A DNA stretch of 59,784 bases from an uncultured Alphaproteobacteria bacterium (GTDB lineage: Bacteria > Pseudomonadota > Alphaproteobacteria > Caedimonadales > UBA9215). Numbering within the stretch: the first letter of the stretch is position 1; each line of letters begins with the position of its first letter. Made by a program: the position numbers and the translations under genes. The DNA is taken from NCBI GenBank assembly GCA_963974885.1, contig CAXBEY010000002.1, forward strand, positions 1 through 59,784. Direction: 5' to 3'. Under the pieces are notes generated by a model. It worked only from the letters and a program-made list of their open reading frames with translations, did not search any database and was not told where the DNA came from. This document shows, one piece after another, positions 20,387 to 29,227 of this stretch.

Positions 20387-23300
20387 TCAAATGATGCACT
20401 TCACCTGTGAAGGGGCTTCTTTAATAGCCCAGCGCTCAATGGCCTTGATAAGCTTGTCTTTTCGAAGGGGCTTGTTTAAATAATCATCCATTCCGGCGGC
20501 AAGACATTTATCTTTATCACCCTGCATTGCATTGGCTGTTAAGGCAACAATAGGACACTGTTGTTTTGAAAGGATTTTTCGGATACACTTTGTTGCGTCG
20601 AAGCCATCCATTTCTGGCATCTGGCAATCCATAAAAATTAAATCATAATCATTTTTCTTAAATTGTTCGACGGCCTCTTTTCCATTGACGGCCGTTGAAA
20701 CAGTCACACCCATTTTTTTCAATATCGTGCTTAATAGAACCATGTTTGCTTTCATATCTTCAACAATAAGGATATGTACACCTCTGAATCTTTGGGATTG
20801 GTCAATAACAGGTCCGTCTGTTCCTTGGATTAGAGCGTCAACAAGAGCTGGGTTTAAAGCGCGTTTAACAAAAGTACTATCGTTAAGGGACTGCTTTAGA
20901 ATTTTCAAACAATTTTCTAGCATATGAAGTTGCAGAGGCTTTGTTAATTGCGCATCAAGATAGGGTAAAATCTCTTTCTCGTCGATCATGTAAAGGGCAT
21001 TAACTAAGTGAATTTTAAAGGATTTTTCCGTCCCCTTGATGTCTTTTAATTTATGACCAAAGATAATTGGGTCGTTATCAATTAACTTTGAATTTATAAA
21101 AATATAGTTATAGGAAAAATCTTTTTTAGATTTTTCTGTTAAGTGTTGTATGAACTCTTCCTCTGAAGAAACAAAGTGTGTGGAAATAGATAGGTGAGTC
21201 AGATATTGATTTATGGCTTCTCCCCCAAGACCCTCTTCTTCTAGAATAAGAGCACTTTGTCCCTCAAAGGCGATGTCCTTATACTTTTCAACACACTTTT
21301 CTGTTAGGTCGTTGTGTTTTTTTAAGGCCAATTGAAAAAAGAATGTACTTCCTTCCCCAAATTCACTTTTCACCCCTATGTTTCCTCCCATAAGTTCAAC
21401 TAATTTTTCACAAATCGAGAGTCCTAGACCTGTTCCGCCAAATTGCCTAGAAGTAGACTCCTCAGCTTGGGAGAAATTATGAAAAATGTAATCTATCTTA
21501 TCTTTTTGTATGCCAATTCCCGTATCTTCCACTGCAAATTTAAGCTGGGTGGAATGTTTGAGGTCTTGTATGACGGAGATCCTAAGAGCAACATGGCCAG
21601 ACTTTGTAAACTTAATAGCATTCCCAATGAGGTTAATAATCACTTGACGAATACGCCCAGGGTCTCCAATAAGTCCCGATGGTACATCAGGCTCAATAAT
21701 GGAGTAAATTTCGATGCCTTGTGCTAAAGCTCTGACACGAATGAGCTCAAAAATTTCTTCAATAACTTTATGAATATTAAAATTGATGGATTCCAGAAGG
21801 AGTTCATGGGCTTCAATTTTGGAAAAATCTAGAATATCGTTAATAATATCTAGAAGAGAGTCCCCAGATGTTTTAATGGTCTTGGCCCAATAACGTTGTT
21901 CCGCTTTTAACTCAGACTCAAGAATAAGGTCAACCATGCCGAGTACAGCGTTGAGGGGCGTTCTAATTTCGTGGCTCATATTGGCTAAGAAGTTACCTTT
22001 TGCATAGGTTGCGGCTTCTGCTTTTTCTTTTTCTAAACGTAAATCCTCTTCGATTTTTATACGTTGAATAGAGATACCCAGTTGATTAAAGATATTCTCA
22101 ATGGTTTCAGTTAAGCCTTTATCAAATTTAAATTCATTGGTTGAAAAAAACTCTGCCACACCAAAAAATCTATTCCCTGCACGAATAGGATATGCATAAA
22201 CTGCTTTAATACCTGCTTTTCTTAAAAGTGTTCCCCGAATCAACATCTCATGGTTATCCATGTTTTTAATATAATCTGGTTTATTGATACTCATGACCTT
22301 CCCAGGCAGTCCTTCTCCCAGTCGAAAAACCATTTTTGATAGGTCATATTTGAGGTCTTCATCCCCTTCACCGGACCATATGTTAGTGCTTTCTAACTCC
22401 CTTGTTTTAGGATTTAAAACATACATATGTCCACATGTCCAACAGGCATAAGTTGTAATGAGCCTTAAACAGGCAGCAACGGCATCTTCGAAATTCTCCG
22501 CATTATTCGCTGCAGAGCTGCCTTGATAAAGCATGTTCATTAATAGGTTTTCACGGGATTTACTGTTTTTCAGAGAAATCATCTTGTCCTTAAAGATGCT
22601 AAGAGCCTTACCCATTTCAGCGACTTCATCCATGCCCGTACTGGGAATGACCGTATCAAGGTTTCCCGCTGAAACTTCCATCATGCTGCCTTTTAATTCC
22701 TCTAAGCGCCGCGTAATGTTTTTGCCAACAATCCACCACCCCACAAAAAAAGAAATAACAATGGAAAGAAAGGCAATTGTAAAAATGACAGCCTTTCCGA
22801 AAACAATCTCACTTTCAGCGCCATCTTGAATGTCGGTTACCTGCTGTTTTATGTTTTTTTTAAGGCGTAATAAATGAGTAGAAATATCATTTGTAGAATG
22901 CCAAATAGCATCTTTCAATTCTATCAATCGCTTTTCGTTCAAGAGCTGAGCCCGTTTTATTTCAAAAATATTATTCTTTCCGAGGCCACTATTGATTAAC
23001 TCTGCCACAGATTTCTCTAGATCTTTTGCAGAGGGGGTCTGTTTTTTACCTGTCTCTAATAAACCAGCCATATAATTTTTTATTTTGATTTGGCTTGCAT
23101 TAAATCTTTCTTGCAAAGGAGCGAGGTTCTCGATATTTACTAGGTTTTTAGTGAGATTTAAAATGCCAAAGAGCAAGTTTCCCTCAGACTTTAATTCTAG
23201 GGCATATGAAAGGGCTCTCGAGTTTTCTCCTAGAAAGTCTAATGAAAGATTTTTTTTATCTATGGTAGAAAGTCCATAAAGGGCATCATCGGATATAGGC

Positions 23301-23797
23301 GTAATGAAAATAATAAAGTTATTTTGAATTTTTTGCAGTTTAGTGGAAAAATCTAGCAGCATTTTTCTATATTCGATGCGCTCCAAAACAGATGAGTTAA
23401 TATGACCAGCAATATTTTCAATTTCTGATAATTTTTTATTTATGGAGCTTATTTTTAAATCTTTAACTGTTAGAGATTGAATATAATTCAGTGATAAACG
23501 CATTCGTGCGACATGAGTAATCATTTCTATAAAAATATTGGATAACTCATCTTTATTACGAGAAGCAAGCGCTTTATTCACATCAAAATTAAGATCCATA
23601 GAAAATAGATCAAGATCTGATGCGGCGGCAGAAATGGGGGTACTTTCACGGGTGATAATATATAAGGTTTTTGAAAAAGTTTGAAAAAGAGCCCATGAGA
23701 CTAAGGCAAGTATAAAAGCAAAGAGTGTAACTGTTCCAATGACAGCATAGATTTTTGATCTAATGCTAATAAATAAAGGTATGTTTTTGTGAACCAT
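20387..23797 (-). CDS. hybrid sensor histidine kinase / response regulator (TM-sensor-TM-HAMP-GAF-HisKA-HATPase-pseudoREC-REC)
   Basis: Two TM helices flank a ~300-aa helical extracytoplasmic region, followed by HAMP and a GAF-like segment. H-box is FLANMSHEIRTPLN (His codon 21971-21973). N-box is NLIGNAIKFT, G-boxes are DTGIGI and GGTGLGLSI. The C-terminal receiver reads ILIVEDM...LIFMDCQMPEMDG...LNKP. Confidence 0.9.
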   Translation of the reverse strand: MVHKNIPLFISIRSKIYAVIGTVTLFAFILALVSWALFQTFSKTLYIITRESTPISAAASDLDLFSMDLNFDVNKALASRNKDELSNIFIEMITHVARMRLSLNYIQSLTVKDLKISSINKKLSEIENIAGHINSSVLERIEYRKMLLDFSTKLQKIQNNFIIFITPISDDALYGLSTIDKKNLSLDFLGENSRALSYALELKSEGNLLFGILNLTKNLVNIENLAPLQERFNASQIKIKNYMAGLLETGKKQTPSAKDLEKSVAELINSGLGKNNIFEIKRAQLLNEKRLIELKDAIWHSTNDISTHLLRLKKNIKQQVTDIQDGAESEIVFGKAVIFTIAFLSIVISFFVGWWIVGKNITRRLEELKGSMMEVSAGNLDTVIPSTGMDEVAEMGKALSIFKDKMISLKNSKSRENLLMNMLYQGSSAANNAENFEDAVAACLRLITTYACWTCGHMYVLNPKTRELESTNIWSGEGDEDLKYDLSKMVFRLGEGLPGKVMSINKPDYIKNMDNHEMLIRGTLLRKAGIKAVYAYPIRAGNRFFGVAEFFSTNEFKFDKGLTETIENIFNQLGISIQRIKIEEDLRLEKEKAEAATYAKGNFLANMSHEIRTPLNAVLGMVDLILESELKAEQRYWAKTIKTSGDSLLDIINDILDFSKIEAHELLLESINFNIHKVIEEIFELIRVRALAQGIEIYSIIEPDVPSGLIGDPGRIRQVIINLIGNAIKFTKSGHVALRISVIQDLKHSTQLKFAVEDTGIGIQKDKIDYIFHNFSQAEESTSRQFGGTGLGLSICEKLVELMGGNIGVKSEFGEGSTFFFQLALKKHNDLTEKCVEKYKDIAFEGQSALILEEEGLGGEAINQYLTHLSISTHFVSSEEEFIQHLTEKSKKDFSYNYIFINSKLIDNDPIIFGHKLKDIKGTEKSFKIHLVNALYMIDEKEILPYLDAQLTKPLQLHMLENCLKILKQSLNDSTFVKRALNPALVDALIQGTDGPVIDQSQRFRGVHILIVEDMKANMVLLSTILKKMGVTVSTAVNGKEAVEQFKKNDYDLIFMDCQMPEMDGFDATKCIRKILSKQQCPIVALTANAMQGDKDKCLAAGMDDYLNKPLRKDKLIKAIERWAIKEAPSQVKCII

Positions 23798-23945
23798 TTC
23801 TTTGCAGCCTTTTATTTCATTTATTTGTTTTTTTTAAAAAATATTTATTATGTTTGAATTACCATTTATCCATCATTTTTATTCTTTAGGTCATTTGTTA
23901 ATAATTTATTAATTTCTTTCTACAATTATAAATATAGGAAATTAT

Positions 23946-24875
23946 TTGATTGTTCATATTATGAGAATTTTTGAAGATGCCGTGGGATCAGAAATATTAA
24001 GTGAATTTGAAGAAAATCGCCGTACAAAAACCTCTTGTTTTTGTCTCTTATTTCATCTATCTAACCTTGATGCTCCTTTAGAGGCAAGGAATAGAGAGCT
24101 AATCCAAAATTTTATTAAAAATGAGTTTTCAGATTCCTCGGGACTTATCTTTATTATGAACACATCGGACATCATTTTTTTTCTTCCACAAATGAATGCA
24201 AGAGCCATAGAAAAAATCAAAATCAATATGAGCTATTGTTTATCGGATATATTATATGGATCAAAATCAACAGATATAGAGCAATATATTAGCCAATATG
24301 ATCTAGGAACATGTTATGCGGAATGCTACTTAATCCTCAAAGCTCTTGCAGAAAAGCCTCAAAATACTGAACAGACTCATTCAAATATAAAAAATAATGA
24401 TGATACTCAATTAAACAAGGTCACAAAAAAAGACCCAATGTTTCTACAATTTGTTTTAAACAAAAGCTATAATAAGGACATTTTTGTTCCTTTATTAAGA
24501 TCCCGACCTAATCGTTCTAAAAAAATTATCCTCATCATTGAAGACCAAGTCTTTTCCCAGAAAATTTTAAGAAATTGCATAGTCGGTAATTATATTGTAG
24601 AAAGTGCTGAAAATGCGATTATGGGTTTAAGGATGTATCTCAAGCTGGTTCCCGATATTGTCTTTCTCGATTGGCATCTCCCAGATATTAATGGCATTGA
24701 ATTTTTGAAACAAATAACGAAAATAGATTCTGGAGCTTACATTGTTATGTCCACGGCGAACAATACAAGCAATTGTGTTAATGCTGCTCTTTCTAATGGA
24801 GCAAAAGGCTACATTACAAAGCCATATAATAAAGAAAAAATTAATAAAAATCTTTATGCATTTGAGAAACGATAA
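23946..24875 (+). CDS. response regulator with C-terminal receiver and unassigned ~190-aa N-terminal domain
   Basis: Receiver motifs are LIIEDQ, VFLDWHLPDINGIEF, IVMSTA and YITKPY. The TTG start at 23946 lies 5 nt after AGGAA; an alternative ATG is at 23961. The N-terminal domain was not recognised. Confidence 0.8.
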   Translation: MIVHIMRIFEDAVGSEILSEFEENRRTKTSCFCLLFHLSNLDAPLEARNRELIQNFIKNEFSDSSGLIFIMNTSDIIFFLPQMNARAIEKIKINMSYCLSDILYGSKSTDIEQYISQYDLGTCYAECYLILKALAEKPQNTEQTHSNIKNNDDTQLNKVTKKDPMFLQFVLNKSYNKDIFVPLLRSRPNRSKKIILIIEDQVFSQKILRNCIVGNYIVESAENAIMGLRMYLKLVPDIVFLDWHLPDINGIEFLKQITKIDSGAYIVMSTANNTSNCVNAALSNGAKGYITKPYNKEKINKNLYAFEKR

Positions 24876-24893
24876 TAAAATTAGGAAAAAGTC

Positions 24894-25214
24894 ATGGAAA
24901 ATGAATTTGACTTAGAGCAACTTGAAGAAATGACAGACGGGGACCCTGAATTGAAAAAGGAGATTATTGAAGCCTTTTTTGAGTGTGGGGACGAGTGCCT
25001 TACAGACCTAGAACAAAGTATTACAGGGGAAAATTTAGCCTGGAAGGAAAAAGCACATGCTCTTAAAGGAATTGCGCTTAATTTTGGGGCAACGAGGGTA
25101 GCAGAATTAAGCGCCTCCGCAGAAGAGGCCTGGGAAATAAGTATTGAAGAAAAAGGGAAACTTTTTATCGAAATTCAAACTGCTTATAATTCTGCTAGGG
25201 CGTATTTTTCGTAG
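24894..25214 (+). CDS. Hpt (histidine phosphotransfer) domain protein
   Basis: 106-aa four-helix-type protein with the Hpt signature KAHALKGIALNFGA. Begins 18 nt after the response regulator gene. Confidence 0.8.
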   Translation: MENEFDLEQLEEMTDGDPELKKEIIEAFFECGDECLTDLEQSITGENLAWKEKAHALKGIALNFGATRVAELSASAEEAWEISIEEKGKLFIEIQTAYNSARAYFS

Positions 25215-25483
25215 TTTTTTTGGCTCTATACAGCAGGTGAAACCTTTTTGGAATCACTATACAGTCACTTATCTTTGCACTGAACGTTTGTTGTTGCGCT
25301 TCAGTTTAGAAGATGGGTATGCAAAAATAGATACTATTCCCCTCTCTCCTAAATATTATACTTCTTTTCCGTGGATCGGGAGCTACCAAACTTATGTTAT
25401 TCAAAAAGCAAACTCGGCCGTTAGATATTTCTTAACAATATCAGAGGTTTTAAGTAAGTAGCATCCCTCCTTTATGGATGATG

Positions 25484-25516
25484 AAAAAAACCACGAGGTA
25501 ATTCTCGTGGTTTTTT
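25484..25516. terminator. bidirectional rho-independent terminator between the Hpt gene and pntB
   Basis: aaaaaaa-ccacgag-gtaatt-ctcgtgg-tttttt. The 7-bp GC-containing stem can be extended by A/T pairing, and there are T-runs on both strands. Confidence 0.7.
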
Positions 25517-25547
25517 GTTTTCAAAAAAGTTTTGAATAAAAGGGAAC

Positions 25548-25617
25548 AGCGCTTTTAAAATGCTCTCACGATCTCCTCACACATCTTTTTAGCATCGCCA
25601 AAAAGCATCATGGTGTT
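25548..25617 (-). repeat. right copy of the pntB 3'-end direct repeat (part of the intact gene)
   Basis: See the left copy. The identical 20-nt core ccaaaaagcatcatggtgtt lies at 25598-25617 and 20346-20365. Confidence 0.85.
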
Positions 25618-26952
25618 GTCTCTGTAGAAGAGCTCATTATCAACACCGGAATACCCAGGGCTAAGGGAGCGTTTCACAAAGAGAACGGTTTTGGCATTTT
25701 CCACATCCAAAATGGGCATGCCATAAATAGGGCTCTTGGGATCTGTTTTAGCAATAGGGTTTGTCACATCGTTGGCGCCAATCACAAAAGCGACATCGGT
25801 TTGAGAAAAGTCACGGTTGATTTCGTCCAGTTCCAGTACATCTTCATAGGGAATATTAGCCTCTGCCAATAAAACATTCATGTGACCGGGCATGCGGCCT
25901 GCTACAGGATGAATGGCATAACGGACTTTGATCCCTTTTCCTTTGAGAGCATCGGTCATCTCACGCAGTGCATGTTGAGCTTGGGCAACGGCCATCCCAT
26001 ATCCTGGGACAATAATCACAGATTCGGCATTCTCGAGGATATACGCCGCATCATCGGCACTGCCCGATTTATGGGAGCGATCGCCTTGGGCAGCACTTCC
26101 TGAAGGTGCAGCTGCTGAGTCACCTCCCCCAAATCCACCTAAGACCACATTGAAAATAGAACGGTTCATGCCTTTACACATGATGTAACTTAGGATGGCA
26201 CCGGATGCCCCTACGAGGGCACCTGTGATAATAAGCAAGTGGTTGTTGAGGGTAAAACCAATACCAGCCGCCGCCCAACCTGAATAGGAATTCAGCATGG
26301 AGACAATGACCGGCATATCAGCCCCACCAATGGGGAGGATGAGCAAGAATCCAAGAAGAAGGCTCACCGTTACAACGAGGGCGAAAATGGCATAGGACTC
26401 TGATTGCACAAAGAAGAACGTAAGGGCAATGAGGCTCAAGCCAAGGGCAGCATTTAACCAGTGCTGTCCTGAAAAGGTAAGGGGCGTACCAGTAACCAAG
26501 CCTTGGAGTTTACCAAAGGCTACAAGGGATCCCGTAAAGGTGATCGCCCCAATGGCAACACCAATGGACATCTCAATGAGGCTGGCATCTGCGATGTGAC
26601 CAACGGTGCCAATGCCAAAGGCAGCAGGGTTTAACAAAGCAGAGGTCGCGACGCACACCGCGGCCAATCCAACAAGGCTGTGAAAGGCTGCGACCAATTG
26701 GGGGAGGGCTGTCATCTCAATCTTTTTGGCAATGACCGTTCCAATAGCACCACCAACGGCAATACCAAGGAGAATAAGGAAATAGCTGTTCACATCTCGG
26801 GAAAAGACCGTTGCTGAGATCGCAAGGATCATACCGATCATGCCGTAGGCATTACCGCCTCTCGCTGTTTTTGGAGACGATAAACCGCGCAATGCCATAA
26901 TAAAGCAGACAGAGGCGATGAGGTAAAGGATGGCTTGAAGATTATCAGTCAT
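25555..26952 (-). CDS. pntB: NAD(P) transhydrogenase subunit beta
   Basis: N-terminal multi-TM domain plus the C-terminal NADP(H)-binding dIII domain (VIIVPGYGMAVAQAQ, GANDVTNP). 465 aa. Confidence 0.95.
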   Translation of the reverse strand: MTDNLQAILYLIASVCFIMALRGLSSPKTARGGNAYGMIGMILAISATVFSRDVNSYFLILLGIAVGGAIGTVIAKKIEMTALPQLVAAFHSLVGLAAVCVATSALLNPAAFGIGTVGHIADASLIEMSIGVAIGAITFTGSLVAFGKLQGLVTGTPLTFSGQHWLNAALGLSLIALTFFFVQSESYAIFALVVTVSLLLGFLLILPIGGADMPVIVSMLNSYSGWAAAGIGFTLNNHLLIITGALVGASGAILSYIMCKGMNRSIFNVVLGGFGGGDSAAAPSGSAAQGDRSHKSGSADDAAYILENAESVIIVPGYGMAVAQAQHALREMTDALKGKGIKVRYAIHPVAGRMPGHMNVLLAEANIPYEDVLELDEINRDFSQTDVAFVIGANDVTNPIAKTDPKSPIYGMPILDVENAKTVLFVKRSLSPGYSGVDNELFYRDNTMMLFGDAKKMCEEIVRAF

Positions 26953-26965
26953 GGGATAGGGGCCT

Positions 26966-27397
26966 TTATTTTTTCTTTTTATTAGAAGAGAACATGGAGA
27001 GCATGCGTTGTGTCACAATAAAGCCACCAAAAATATTAATGGAAGCAAGGGTGACGGCCACAAAGCCCATGACGGATGCAAAGTTAAAGTCTGAAAGACC
27101 AGCTGCCATAAGGGCGCCAACGATGATCACACTGGAAACCGCATTAGTGATCGCCATGAGGGGCGAGTGCAAGGCTGGTGTGACTTTCCAAACAACATAG
27201 TACCCCACAAAAGCCGCGAGGATAAAAATGGTAAGGCCCATAATAAGGGGAGATACTCCCAAGGTGGCGGCCTCTTGGGCAGCAGCTGCATTAACGGCAT
27301 CTTGCGCCATGCGTTGGAGTTCCGTTGATTTTTCAGCAAGGGCAAGGGCCTTATTTGAAATCTCTTTTGCGTTTTGAACGACAGTATCTAAACTCAT
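26966..27397 (-). CDS. pntAB: NAD(P) transhydrogenase subunit alpha part 2 (membrane)
   Basis: 143-aa protein with about 3 TM helices, located between pntAA and pntB. This is the split-alpha arrangement typical of alphaproteobacteria. Confidence 0.9.
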   Translation of the reverse strand: MSLDTVVQNAKEISNKALALAEKSTELQRMAQDAVNAAAAQEAATLGVSPLIMGLTIFILAAFVGYYVVWKVTPALHSPLMAITNAVSSVIIVGALMAAGLSDFNFASVMGFVAVTLASINIFGGFIVTQRMLSMFSSNKKKK

Positions 27398-27400
27398 TTT

Positions 27401-28627
27401 TTAGACCTTTTTCTTTGTGGCTGTTTTGGGAGGCGCCTTTTTTAGGGGGGCTTTTTTAGGGCCAGTAAGATTCTTAAAATTTGGGTGGATAATCGCCCCA
27501 CCATGGGTCAAGATTGAGCCTTTAAGAATGTCATCACCCAAGTTAATATTTAATTTTTTAGCTTCTTTGTCCCATAGAAGAACCAGAAGGTTATAAATAT
27601 TACGAGAGTAAAGGGTGCTGGATTCCGCAGCAAGGCGCCCGGGAAGGTTGCCATAGCCAATGATTTTTACGCCTTTTTTCTCAACAACTTTTTCAGGCTG
27701 TGAGCCGTCAACATTGCCACCGGCTTCAACGGCCATGTCCACGATCACGCTCCCAGACTTCATAGAGCCAACCATGGCAGCAGAAATGAGTTTTGGCGCG
27801 GGCTTTCCGGGAATAAGCGCTGTTGTAATAATGATATCCGAGGCAGCGACAGTCTCGGCAATTTTTTCAGCCTGACGCTTTTTGTACTCAGCACTCATTT
27901 CCTTGGCGTATCCACCGGTGGTTTCGGCGTCTTGGGTTTCATCGTTAGTCTCATCATAGGCAACTTCGACGAACTTTGCGCCTAAGCTCTGGACTTGTTC
28001 TTTAACGGCAGGACGTACATCAAAAGCCGAGACAACAGCGCCGAGACGCTTTGCTGTGGCGATGGCCTGAAGACCGGCAACACCGGCTCCCAGAATAAGG
28101 ACTTTTGCTGGCGGCACGGTGCCAGCCGCCGTCATCATCATGGGGAAAGAAGCGCCGTAATGATAAAGGGCCTCAATAACAGCGCGATAGCCGCCAAGGT
28201 TGGCTTGGGAGGATAAAATATCCATGCTTTGAGCACGGGTAATACGGGGAATCATCTCGAGGCTAATGGCCGTAATCCCGTTTTTGCCATAGGCCTTAAT
28301 GCCCTCATCATTAGAAAAGGGGGCAAGGGTCGAGATCAAGAGAGCGCCTTTTTTGAGGGGACTGAGCTCGTCAATTTTTCCCTCACCCTTCATCAAAGGG
28401 TGACGCACTTTCAAAAGAATGTCTGTATTTTTAGACGCCGCTTCCGCAGTCGCGGCAAGGGTTGCGCCGGCTTCTTTATAAGCCTCGTCGGTGAAAGAAG
28501 CCTGTAAGCCGGCTCCTTTTTCAACGTGCACATTGAATCCAAGAGCCGCCATTTTTTTGACTGTCTCTGGGGTTGCCGCAACCCGCGTTTCATTTTGGCG
28601 GCGCTCTTTTAGAACGGTAATTTTCAT
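27401..28627 (-). CDS. pntAA: NAD(P) transhydrogenase subunit alpha part 1 (dI, NAD(H)-binding)
   Basis: AlaDH/PNT fold with the Rossmann motif VLILGAGVAGLQAIATAKRLGA. It carries an extra Lys/Pro-rich C-terminal tail. Confidence 0.95.
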   Translation of the reverse strand: MKITVLKERRQNETRVAATPETVKKMAALGFNVHVEKGAGLQASFTDEAYKEAGATLAATAEAASKNTDILLKVRHPLMKGEGKIDELSPLKKGALLISTLAPFSNDEGIKAYGKNGITAISLEMIPRITRAQSMDILSSQANLGGYRAVIEALYHYGASFPMMMTAAGTVPPAKVLILGAGVAGLQAIATAKRLGAVVSAFDVRPAVKEQVQSLGAKFVEVAYDETNDETQDAETTGGYAKEMSAEYKKRQAEKIAETVAASDIIITTALIPGKPAPKLISAAMVGSMKSGSVIVDMAVEAGGNVDGSQPEKVVEKKGVKIIGYGNLPGRLAAESSTLYSRNIYNLLVLLWDKEAKKLNINLGDDILKGSILTHGGAIIHPNFKNLTGPKKAPLKKAPPKTATKKKV

Positions 28628-28771
28628 GGAAAAAGCCTTTTATATTTTCCTTTATTTTTATCATGAAATAGGGACGGTTGTAAGCCCTTCCTCTTAAAAA
28701 TAATTCATTGATGTCGAAAATTTATGTTAAATTAGAAATAGTATAAGAATTTTAATGAATGCAGGGCGAAA

Positions 28772-29221
28772 ATGAAAATAGACCTTAGAGGGCTTTTGGG
28801 AGCGTTAAGTATGGGTGGCGCCGTTATTTTGTCGAGCTGTAATGGCGAGGGGCTCGGTTCATCTGAGCGTATTATTAGCTCGGGCTGGGCACGGGTTTCC
28901 AATGAAGATGCCGAGGGACAAGCACCGGTATATTGCTATAAAACTCTTGCAGCTCCCGATTGTTACACAACACCTGATCCAAAACGCAGCGCCCAACTTG
29001 TCAGCGTTTACCCTGCAAAGAACACAGCCCGCCCCATTGGCATTGAAAAAATTATCAAAGCTGTTATTGGCGATGACGATGAGGAAAATGAAAATGCCAT
29101 CAAAGAGCGAGAGCTAGATAAAGTTCGTTACTACCCTACCCCCGAAGAAAAAGAGCTCTCAAGGAACCTGGAAGCCGCACGGCGTGGTAAAGAAGTCGGC
29201 GGCCCTTTTAATCTGAAATAG
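28772..29221 (+). CDS. hypothetical lipoprotein
   Basis: Signal peptide with lipobox ILSSC (Cys23). 149 aa with an acidic C-terminal half. No recognisable family. Confidence 0.6.
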   Translation: MKIDLRGLLGALSMGGAVILSSCNGEGLGSSERIISSGWARVSNEDAEGQAPVYCYKTLAAPDCYTTPDPKRSAQLVSVYPAKNTARPIGIEKIIKAVIGDDDEENENAIKERELDKVRYYPTPEEKELSRNLEAARRGKEVGGPFNLK

Positions 29222-29227
29222 GGGAGG

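Noticed and set aside
25144-25461. 105-aa plus-strand ORF after and overlapping the Hpt gene.
   Set aside because: It overlaps the Hpt coding end by 71 nt in another frame, has no ribosome-binding site and shows no recognisable motif. I treated the region as non-coding (see findings).
28815-29117. 100-aa alternative-frame ORF inside the lipoprotein gene.
   Set aside because: It overlaps the longer ORF, which has a proper signal peptide and lipobox. The alternative frame has no start context or motifs.
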